Under the pieces are notes generated by a model. The model was not told where the DNA came from. It was given only the letters and a program-made list of their open reading frames with translations, and made no database searches. A program made the position numbers and the translations under genes. A stretch of 13,175 nucleotides of DNA, from assembly GCA_016235455.1 (NCBI GenBank), contig JACRKZ010000046.1, forward strand, positions 1 through 13,175, written 5' to 3'. Below, one piece after another: positions 1-6,427 of the stretch. Each line of letters begins with the position of its first letter. The first letter of the stretch is position 1. The DNA is from Armatimonadota bacterium (GTDB lineage Bacteria > Armatimonadota > UBA10988).

Positions 1-1
1 C

Positions 2-142
2 GCCGACTGGACCGTGCTGTGGCGCGTGCTCGACACGCTGCACCGGCCCGAATGGTACGTGGTGGAAGAGGGCGGTCCAGACGGCACCGACTTCGACATC
101 CCCGCGCGGTCGCTGGCTGCCCTGCGCGCCATGGGGCGCTAG
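2..142 (+). CDS. 3' end of a gene entering from the left edge; probable sugar phosphate isomerase/epimerase (AP-endonuclease-2/IolE-like TIM barrel)
   Basis: Not in the ORF track. The frame starting at base 2 reads ADWTVLWRVLDTLHRPEWYVVEEGGPDGTDFDIPARSLAALRAMGR* with GC-rich third positions and TAG at 140-142. The DW...WYVVE-E...SL..L..MG pattern resembles C-termini of this family. Only 46 codons are visible. Confidence 0.6.
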   Translation, partial: ADWTVLWRVLDTLHRPEWYVVEEGGPDGTDFDIPARSLAALRAMGR

Positions 143-226
143 CAGAAACGGTGTCAGAGCAGAAACGGTGTCAGGACCCTTTTTCAGCGATGCTGAAAAA
201 GGGTCCTGACACCGTTTCTGCTAGCG
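137..226. repeat. Perfect 31-bp inverted repeat (158-188 / 192-222, 3-nt loop GAT) with a 17-bp tandem duplication (141-157 = 158-174); REP/REPIN- or MITE-like element, possibly a bidirectional terminator
   Basis: AGCAGAAACGGTGTCAGGACCCTTTTTCAGC-GAT-GCTGAAAAAGGGTCCTGACACCGTTTCTGCT read directly. AGCAGAAACGGTGTCAG occurs twice in tandem. 137-157 is also the exact reverse complement of 206-226. CTAG lies at both ends (139-142, 221-224). Confidence 0.9.
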
Positions 227-1282
227 GCGCTTGAGCTTGCCGCCGAACAGGTGCACCAGCTTCTGCCGCGTGCGCCGGTCCTCGATGTCGGCAAAACGCC
301 GGTGCAGGCCCGCCAGCCCGGCCGCTTCCTGCTGCAAATGATGGTAGCTGGCCAGCCGCGCGGGGGACAGGTCGCCGCGGCTCAAGGCCGCCTTGACCGC
401 GCAGCCGGGCTCGCTCTCGTGGCTGCAGTCAGCGAATCGGCAGTCCTCGGCCAGGGCTTCGATGTCGGCGAAGGTCTCGGCGACGCCGTCGTCGGTCTGC
501 CACAGGCCCAGTTCGCGCATGCCCGGCGTGTCGATGACCAGCGCGCCGCTGGCCAGCGCGAACAGCTCGCGGTGGGTGGTGGTGTGGCGGCCCTTGCTGT
601 CGTCCTCGCGCACCTCGGTCACGCGTTGCCGGCCATCGCCCAGCCAGGCGTTGAGCAGTGTCGACTTGCCCACGCCCGACGAGCCGATCAGCGCCAGCGT
701 CGTGCCCGGCTGCTGGTAGGCGGCGAGCTCGTCCACACCCCAGCCGGTGTGGACGCTGATCGCGTGGACCGGCGCGCCGGCGGCCAGCGCCGACACTTCG
801 CGCTGACGCGCCACGGGGTCGGGGTCGCAGTCGGCCTTGGTCAGCACCACCACCGGCTGCGCCCCGCTGTCCCAGGCGATGGTCAGGTAGCGCTCCACGC
901 GGCTGGGCCGGTAGTTGCCATCCAACCCGACCACCAGCAGCAGCGTGTCGACGTTGCCGGCGATCGGCTGCGGCCGCGGTGTGCCCGGCCCCGGCTGACG
1001 GCGCACGACGCAGGTGCGCCGGGGTAGCACACCCAGCACTACGCCGTCCGGCTGGCAGACGACCCAGTCGCCCACCACGGGATGCGCGGCGGGGTCGATA
1101 TCGCCGCGGCGCAGCAGGCCACACGCCGTGGCGTCGGTCTCGCCGTCGGCGGTCCACAAGACAAAGCGGTCACGGTGGACCGCCACAACTCGGCCCGGCC
1201 GGCAGTCGGCCGTCACGGCCGCGGCGGCCGCGTTCCACGACTGGTCCCAGTGCGGGTCCCAGCCCAGTGCATGCAAGTTCAT
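221..1282 (-). CDS. rsgA: Ribosome small subunit-dependent GTPase A (RsgA/YjeQ/EngC family, circularly permuted GTPase)
   Basis: Motifs: OB-fold region (PVVGDWV), G4 TKAD placed before G1 GSSGVGKST, GRHTTT, G3 DTPG, and Zn finger CRFADCSHESEPGC. Start placed at ATG 1282 (MNLHALGW, preceded by GGGA) rather than the GTG at 1321 in the ORF track. Confidence 0.96.
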   Translation of the reverse strand: MNLHALGWDPHWDQSWNAAAAAVTADCRPGRVVAVHRDRFVLWTADGETDATACGLLRRGDIDPAAHPVVGDWVVCQPDGVVLGVLPRRTCVVRRQPGPGTPRPQPIAGNVDTLLLVVGLDGNYRPSRVERYLTIAWDSGAQPVVVLTKADCDPDPVARQREVSALAAGAPVHAISVHTGWGVDELAAYQQPGTTLALIGSSGVGKSTLLNAWLGDGRQRVTEVREDDSKGRHTTTHRELFALASGALVIDTPGMRELGLWQTDDGVAETFADIEALAEDCRFADCSHESEPGCAVKAALSRGDLSPARLASYHHLQQEAAGLAGLHRRFADIEDRRTRQKLVHLFGGKLKRR

Positions 1283-1470
1283 CGTCGTCCCAATCGGGAT
1301 GCCAACCCAACCGGTCGCCACACGTTCAGCGTGTCTGCGACAGGTAAGGACATGGCGAGCGGTCGCACGAGCGCGCTCGATCCGCGGTGAGGGTCGCTAC
1401 CGACGAGGCCCAGCGCCGGTCGTCGGAGCGGTGGTGACAAGGGTCGTGGCAGCCATTGGTTCCATCTCCT
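1283..1470 (-). promoter_or_regulatory. Structured 5' leader of rsgA; candidate translational attenuator
   Basis: Minus-strand stems seen by eye: CCGACGA/UCGUCGG within the uORF; GUCGC..ACACG-CUGAA-CGUGU..GCGAC; CCGGUUGGG/CCCGAUUGG and UCCC-GAUU-GGGA over the rsgA RBS. UCGUCG can alternatively pair with CGACGA overlapping the rsgA AUG. Confidence 0.45.
1397..1456 (-). CDS. Putative 19-aa leader peptide (uORF) MAATTLVTTAPTTGAGPRR upstream of rsgA
   Basis: Strong SD AGGAG (1470-1466) lies 9 nt before ATG 1456, with another in-frame ATG at 1465 and TAG at 1399-1397. It sits between the predicted promoter and rsgA. 6 of 19 residues are Thr, arranged as three TT pairs. Confidence 0.6.
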   Translation of the reverse strand: MAATTLVTTAPTTGAGPRR

Positions 1471-1531
1471 AACCGGCCGTGGGCCGAGGCAAGTGCCGCA
1501 CGAGGCAGCGGGGAGCCTGAACACTGCAGGC

Positions 1532-1560
1532 AGTATAGAAGGCGGGCCGGCGCGTGGTAA
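1532..1560 (-). promoter_or_regulatory. Sigma70-like promoter for the leader-rsgA transcript
   Basis: -35 TTACCA (1560-1555), 17-nt spacer, -10 TATACT (1537-1532). These are AT-rich hexamers in otherwise very GC-rich intergenic DNA. Confidence 0.6.
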
Positions 1561-1598
1561 GCGTCAGCCCGAGAGATTCACAAGGGAGCACTGCCCGG

Positions 1599-3059
1599 TC
1601 ATCGGCGCATGATGGCTGCCACCACGGGCTTGACGTCCTTGGGCGCCAGTGGGTAGTGCCCTTCGCCGTCCCTGGTGAACAGCGTCACCGCCCCGCCCAG
1701 CGCGCGGTAGCGCTGCTCGATGACCTGCGCCTGCGTGGCGAACGCGGGGTCGAGGCTGCCACACGCTACCACCAGCCGCACACCCGCCTTGGCCAAGGCG
1801 GCCAGGTCGTCCAGCGGCGGCGTCTTGGCGGTCAGACTGCGCAGCACGGGGTTCTCGGCATAGGCGCAGGCCACCTTGTCGGGGTTGGCGATGGCCCAGG
1901 CCCACGCCTCGCCCGCCGCGCGACCGGCGCCCTCGACCACCACCTTGGCCGCGAAGCCGTGGCCGACCATGTGGCGATAGACCGCGTCCCAGTCGCGCCA
2001 CAGCGGGTTGTCCGCGTTGTACGAGATCGGCGCGGTGACGATGTGGTAGCCGGCGGCCAGCAGCGTCAGGTCGACGGCAGCGTCGCGCTCGACCAGCCCG
2101 GCATGATAGACCCATGGCTGGCCCGGCGCGGCGGCCTTGGGGGCGATCACGCTGATCGTGCCCTCGACCCCGTCGAGCCCGAACGCGTAGCGGTCGTAGC
2201 ACGCGGCGAAGACCGGGCCGCGGCAGGTGACCTGCGTGCCCTCGCGCGGCTCATAGGCGCTGTGGCTGCCGTAGAAGGCGGTCCGCGTGGCCTTGGCCGT
2301 GACGTAGTCAGGTGTCGGCGCGGGCGTCTCGCTCGTTGCCTGTTCGATGAAGTCGGCCAGTAGCCGCGGATCCTGCAGGCTGTGCGGATGATGCCCGGCG
2401 CCATCCTTGATCAGCATCGAGACGCGCCCGCCAAACGCCTGGTAGATGCTCTCCACGGCCAGCGCGTGGCCGCCCAGGAGCGGGTCGAGGCTGCCGCAGA
2501 CCTGCAGGATCGGTACATCGGCACCGGCCAGGTCGCCCAGTCGGGCCAAGGACTCGCGCTCGACCGCCGGGTTGTCGACGTAGATGGCCGAGACGCTCCG
2601 CGGGTGCGTCGTGGCCCACCGGTAGGCGAACATGCCGCCCCGGCTCATGCCGATGAAGGCTGGCCGGCGCGACAGGCCGTGCTGGGTCGTCAGGAACTCA
2701 TACCAGGCATCCCACTTGCGGTCGGGCGCAAGTTCGGCGTTGGCCGTGATGTAGGCGATGTGAAAGCCGCGCCGCAGCAGCTCGATCTCGGTCTGCGGCT
2801 GGTGGTCCCAGTAGCAGCCGCGCCACGACCACGGCCGGCCCGGCGCCGCGATGCGCGGCGCGACCACGATGCAGCGGCGCTGCCCCGGCACATCGCCGGT
2901 CGCTGCCGGATCGGCCGGCTTGACGGCAAGGGTGGTTTCGTCCAGCTGGTAGTCGAAGCGGTCGAAACCTTGCCAGGAGGACTTCGCGCCGTCCAAGGGC
3001 GGGGCCTCCTGACCGGCGACCAGGGCGAGGAAGGTGACGAGCAGACTGGACGATGTCAT
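1599..3059 (-). CDS. Secreted tandem alpha/beta-hydrolase-fold protein (esterase-like); N-terminal domain catalytic, C-terminal domain lacks the nucleophile Ser
   Basis: Hydrophobic N-terminus and SD GGAGG (3069-3065). Domain 1 has GMSRGG (nucleophile elbow), CGSLDP (acid) and GHHPHS (His). Domain 2 repeats APxxAAPGxPW, GYHI, YAENP, CGSLDP and GHYP, but has GAGRAAG at the elbow. Confidence 0.85.
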   Translation of the reverse strand: MTSSSLLVTFLALVAGQEAPPLDGAKSSWQGFDRFDYQLDETTLAVKPADPAATGDVPGQRRCIVVAPRIAAPGRPWSWRGCYWDHQPQTEIELLRRGFHIAYITANAELAPDRKWDAWYEFLTTQHGLSRRPAFIGMSRGGMFAYRWATTHPRSVSAIYVDNPAVERESLARLGDLAGADVPILQVCGSLDPLLGGHALAVESIYQAFGGRVSMLIKDGAGHHPHSLQDPRLLADFIEQATSETPAPTPDYVTAKATRTAFYGSHSAYEPREGTQVTCRGPVFAACYDRYAFGLDGVEGTISVIAPKAAAPGQPWVYHAGLVERDAAVDLTLLAAGYHIVTAPISYNADNPLWRDWDAVYRHMVGHGFAAKVVVEGAGRAAGEAWAWAIANPDKVACAYAENPVLRSLTAKTPPLDDLAALAKAGVRLVVACGSLDPAFATQAQVIEQRYRALGGAVTLFTRDGEGHYPLAPKDVKPVVAAIMRR

Positions 3060-3082
3060 GGCGGCCTCCGTTGCCGGCAGGG

Positions 3083-3111
3083 AGTCTAGGTCGGCGCGGC
3101 GCGCGCGTCAA
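3083..3111 (-). promoter_or_regulatory. Sigma70-like promoter for the alpha/beta-hydrolase gene
   Basis: -35 TTGACG (3111-3106), 17-nt spacer, -10 TAGACT (3088-3083), immediately upstream of SD GGAGG and ATG 3059. Confidence 0.7.
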
Positions 3112-3203
3112 AACATCGCAACCCGTCCAGGTTGGCGCCAGCCGACGCCACGGCGGGAAGGTGGCTGGCCGGCGATGGCGAATCGGTCGACCTGGAGTAG
3201 TCC

Positions 3204-6200
3204 ATGAGACGAGTGATCGCGTGTGTGGCGTGCGGCGTGTTGCTGGCGCTGTGCCAGGCGTCGGCGGCCATCAGGGTGGCGTCGACGCGAACGGAGTACG
3301 AGGCCCGACCGCTGGGCATCGGCCCGCGGGTGCCGCGGCTGTCGTGGTCGGCCGCGGGTGACCGGCGCGGCGAGCGGCAGAGCGCCTACCAGGTGACGGC
3401 CGCCGCCAGCGAGACGGCCCTGGGCGCGGGACGCGACCTGCTGTGGGACAGCGGCAAAGTGGCCAGCGATCAGTCGCAGTTCGTCGACTACGGCGGACCC
3501 GCGTTGACTTCGCGCCAGCGCGTCTGGTGGCGGGTGCGGGTGTGGGACGAGCGCGACGCGGCCTCGCCCTGGAGCGAATCGGCCTGGTTCGAGACCGGCC
3601 TGCTGAAGCCCGCGGACTGGCAGGCCAAGTGGGTCACCACGCCGCGCGAGACCGCCGATCCCACCTGGCAGGGCGCCAAGTGGATTTGGACGCCGGGCGA
3701 CAACGAGGCCACCGGCCATCGCTACTTCCGCACCACGGTCAATCTGCCGGCCGATGTCGGCATCCAGGAGGCCGCGCTGAGCATCACCGTGGACGACCAG
3801 TTCACCGCGTTCCTCAATGGTGAGCAGGTGGGCAAGAGCAGCGGCCAGGGCGATGCCTGGCGCTCACCGATCAAGATCGACCTGCGCGGCAAGCTGAAGA
3901 CCGGCCCCAATGTGTTGGCCATCGACGGCGAGAACGGCGGCAGCGCCGCGGGCCTGTTGGCGCGGCTGGCGCTCAGTTTCAACGGCACCAAGGCGCCGGT
4001 GGTTTCCGGTCCGGCCTGGAAGTGCAGCACCGTGGCGGCGCCGGAGTGGAACACCGTGTCCTTCGACGACAAGGGCTGGACTAACGCCAAGGTCATCGCC
4101 GACTACGGCCTGGGCCCCTGGGGTCAACTCGGCCCGGCGGGCACCGGTGGCGGGCTGCCGCCGGTCACCTACCTGCGCCGCGGCTTCGACCTGACCAAGC
4201 AGGTCAGCCGCGCGCGACTCTATGTGACCGCGCTCGGCCTGTACCGCTGCCGCCTGAACGGCCAGAACGTGGGCGATGCCATCCTGGCGCCCGACTGGAC
4301 CGATTACCGCAAGCGCGTCGAGGCGCAGACCTACGATGTGACCAGCCTGGTCAAGCCTGGCGCCAACGTGCTGGGCGCGCTGTTGGGTGACGGCTGGTAT
4401 GCCGGCCACGTCGGCCTCGGCGGCCGGCAGCGCTACGGCCAGCAGGCGTGGTTCCTGGCGCAGTTGATGATCGACCATCCTGATGGCACGACCACGGTGG
4501 TGGCCAGCGGTGACAACTGGAAGGCGCGCTCCGGGCCGATCCTCTTCTCGGACCTGCTCATGGGCGAGGGCTACGATGCCCGCGCCGAGCTCGGTGCGTG
4601 GGACAAGGCCGGCTACGACGACGCCACCTGGCAAGCCGCCAAGGCCGACGTGCCCAACACGGTGAGTGCAGTCGAGTGGCCCATGGGTCCCCCGGTGCGC
4701 CGACTGACCGAGCTCCCGGCCAAGACGCTGGCCGAGCCCAAGCCTGGGCGCTGGACATTCGACCTGGGCCAGAACATGGTGGGCTATGCGCGGCTCAAGG
4801 TGAACGCTGCCGCCGGCACCAAGCTGACGCTGCGCTTCGCCGAGATGCTCAATCCCGACGGCACGGTCTACACCACCAACTACCGCGGCGCGCGCTGCAC
4901 CGATGAGTACACCTGCCGCGGCGGTGGCGTGGAGACCTGGGAACCGACCTTCACCTTCCGCGGCTACCGCTACGTGGAGTTGACCGGCCTGACCGCGAAG
5001 CCCGCGCTCGACGCCGTGACCGGTGTGGTCATCGGGTCCGATGCGCCCGAGAGCGGCACGTTCGAGTGCTCTGATCCACTGCTGAACCAGCTCCAGCGCA
5101 ACATCGTCTGGGGCCAGCGCGGCAACTTCGTCTCCGTCCCCACCGACTGCCCGCAGCGCGATGAGCGCCTGGGCTGGACCGGTGACGCGCAGATCTTCGT
5201 GCGCACGGCCACGTTCAACAACCAGGTCGGCGGGTTCTTCACCAAGTGGCTGGTGGACCTGGACGACGCGCAGGCGGCCAACGGCGCTTACCCCGACGTC
5301 GCGCCGCGCGTGGCCGCCGGTGACGGCACCGCCGCCTGGGGCGACGCCGGCGTGGTCTGCCCGTGGACCGTCTATCAGGCCTACGGCGACCGGCGCCTGC
5401 TGGCCGACCACTACCCGAACATGGTGCGCTGGGTCGAGTATTGCCGCGAGCACTCGAACAAGCTGCTGCGGCCGGCGTCGGGCTATGGCGACTGGCTGTC
5501 CATCGGTGCCAACACGCCCACCGACGTGCTGGCCACGGCCTACTTCGCGCGCAGCACCGAACTGACCGCACGCGCGGCGACCGTGCTGGGCAAGACCGAG
5601 GATGCGGCCAAGTACAAGGCGCTGTGGGACGACATCGCCAAGGCCTTCCAGGCCGCCTATGTGCAGCCTGATGCGCGCATCAAGGGCAACACGCAGACCT
5701 GCTACCTGCTGGCGCTGCGCTTTGGCCTGCTGCCCGAGGCGCAGCGTGCTCAGGCGGCGACCTACCTGGCCACCGACATCGAGCAGCGCGGCTGGCGGCT
5801 GTCCACGGGCTTCGTGGGAGTTGGTCACCTGCTGCCCACGCTGACGCAGGTCGGCCGGACTGACGTGGCCTGGAAGCTGTTGCTCCAGGACGCCTTCCCG
5901 AGCTGGCTGTTCTCGGTCAAGCACGGCGCGACGACCATCTGGGAGCGCTGGGACGGCTGGACGCCCGACAAGGGCTTCCAGGACGCCGGCATGAACTCGT
6001 TCAACCACTACTCGTTCGGCAGTTGCGGCGAGTGGATGTACGCCAACATCCTGGGCATCGCGCCCGACGTGGAGGGCGAGGTCGGCATCGGCTACCGGCG
6101 CATCGTGGTGGAGCCGCGGCCCGGCGGCGGAGTCACCTCGGCCAAGGGCAGCTATCGCAGCGGCTACGGGCTGATTACCACCGATTGGCGTCTCGACGAT

Positions 6201-6383
6201 GGTAAGCTGACACTGTCGGTGACGGTGCCCGTGGGCGTGACCGCCCGCGTGGTGCTGCCGCCGAGCGTGGCCAAGGAGAGCGGCAAGCCGCTGGCCAAGG
6301 CCGACGGCGTGAAGGTCGTGTCGACCAGCGCCGATGGCTCGGTGTGTGAAGTGGGTAGTGGCACCTGGCGGTTCACGCCGTAA
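3204..6383 (+). CDS. Secreted glycoside hydrolase family 78 protein (alpha-L-rhamnosidase) with an extra beta-sandwich domain
   Basis: Signal peptide and SD GGAG (3194-3197). N-terminal PRLSW..QSAYQV..LWDSGKV domain, ARLYVTALGLY/DWTDY domain, FDLGQNMVG..FTFRGYRYVE domain, and catalytic (alpha/alpha)6 motifs PTDCPQRDERLGWTGD, GATTIWERWD and MNSFNHY. Confidence 0.95.
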   Translation: MRRVIACVACGVLLALCQASAAIRVASTRTEYEARPLGIGPRVPRLSWSAAGDRRGERQSAYQVTAAASETALGAGRDLLWDSGKVASDQSQFVDYGGPALTSRQRVWWRVRVWDERDAASPWSESAWFETGLLKPADWQAKWVTTPRETADPTWQGAKWIWTPGDNEATGHRYFRTTVNLPADVGIQEAALSITVDDQFTAFLNGEQVGKSSGQGDAWRSPIKIDLRGKLKTGPNVLAIDGENGGSAAGLLARLALSFNGTKAPVVSGPAWKCSTVAAPEWNTVSFDDKGWTNAKVIADYGLGPWGQLGPAGTGGGLPPVTYLRRGFDLTKQVSRARLYVTALGLYRCRLNGQNVGDAILAPDWTDYRKRVEAQTYDVTSLVKPGANVLGALLGDGWYAGHVGLGGRQRYGQQAWFLAQLMIDHPDGTTTVVASGDNWKARSGPILFSDLLMGEGYDARAELGAWDKAGYDDATWQAAKADVPNTVSAVEWPMGPPVRRLTELPAKTLAEPKPGRWTFDLGQNMVGYARLKVNAAAGTKLTLRFAEMLNPDGTVYTTNYRGARCTDEYTCRGGGVETWEPTFTFRGYRYVELTGLTAKPALDAVTGVVIGSDAPESGTFECSDPLLNQLQRNIVWGQRGNFVSVPTDCPQRDERLGWTGDAQIFVRTATFNNQVGGFFTKWLVDLDDAQAANGAYPDVAPRVAAGDGTAAWGDAGVVCPWTVYQAYGDRRLLADHYPNMVRWVEYCREHSNKLLRPASGYGDWLSIGANTPTDVLATAYFARSTELTARAATVLGKTEDAAKYKALWDDIAKAFQAAYVQPDARIKGNTQTCYLLALRFGLLPEAQRAQAATYLATDIEQRGWRLSTGFVGVGHLLPTLTQVGRTDVAWKLLLQDAFPSWLFSVKHGATTIWERWDGWTPDKGFQDAGMNSFNHYSFGSCGEWMYANILGIAPDVEGEVGIGYRRIVVEPRPGGGVTSAKGSYRSGYGLITTDWRLDDGKLTLSVTVPVGVTARVVLPPSVAKESGKPLAKADGVKVVSTSADGSVCEVGSGTWRFTP

Positions 6384-6427
6384 GGGCGAACCGCCGTGGA
6401 CACCCGGTTGTGCCACGGAGGAACATG

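Noticed and set aside
141-222. CRISPR array
   Set aside because: There are only two adjacent 17-nt copies with no spacer, plus an inverted copy, and no cas genes.
19-234. 71-aa ORF on + from the track
   Set aside because: It is out of frame with the better coding frame (2-142), is Arg-rich, and translates straight through the palindromic repeat.
1397-1456. Classical thr-operon transcription attenuator
   Set aside because: The downstream gene is not a Thr biosynthesis gene and no U-tailed terminator hairpin is seen. It is kept only as a generic leader-peptide candidate.
1279-1524. 81-aa minus-strand ORF upstream of rsgA, and the rsgA start at GTG 1321
   Set aside because: Neither has a convincing SD or protein-like composition. 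The SD-led 19-aa uORF and ATG 1282 explain the region better.
3144-3196. Possible cobalamin riboswitch (GCCAC..GGGAAGG and GACCTG fragments)
   Set aside because: The 5' core (AGGGAA..GGTG.AA.TCC..CCCGC.ACTGT) is missing, and the downstream gene is unrelated to B12.
3864-6416. 850-aa antisense ORF and other long overlapping ORFs (e.g. 251-1027, 1554-2363, 8003-9175, 9802-10926, 10916-12013)
   Set aside because: These are shadow ORFs opposite well-supported genes. They are expected in high-GC DNA with biased codon usage and show no recognisable motifs.
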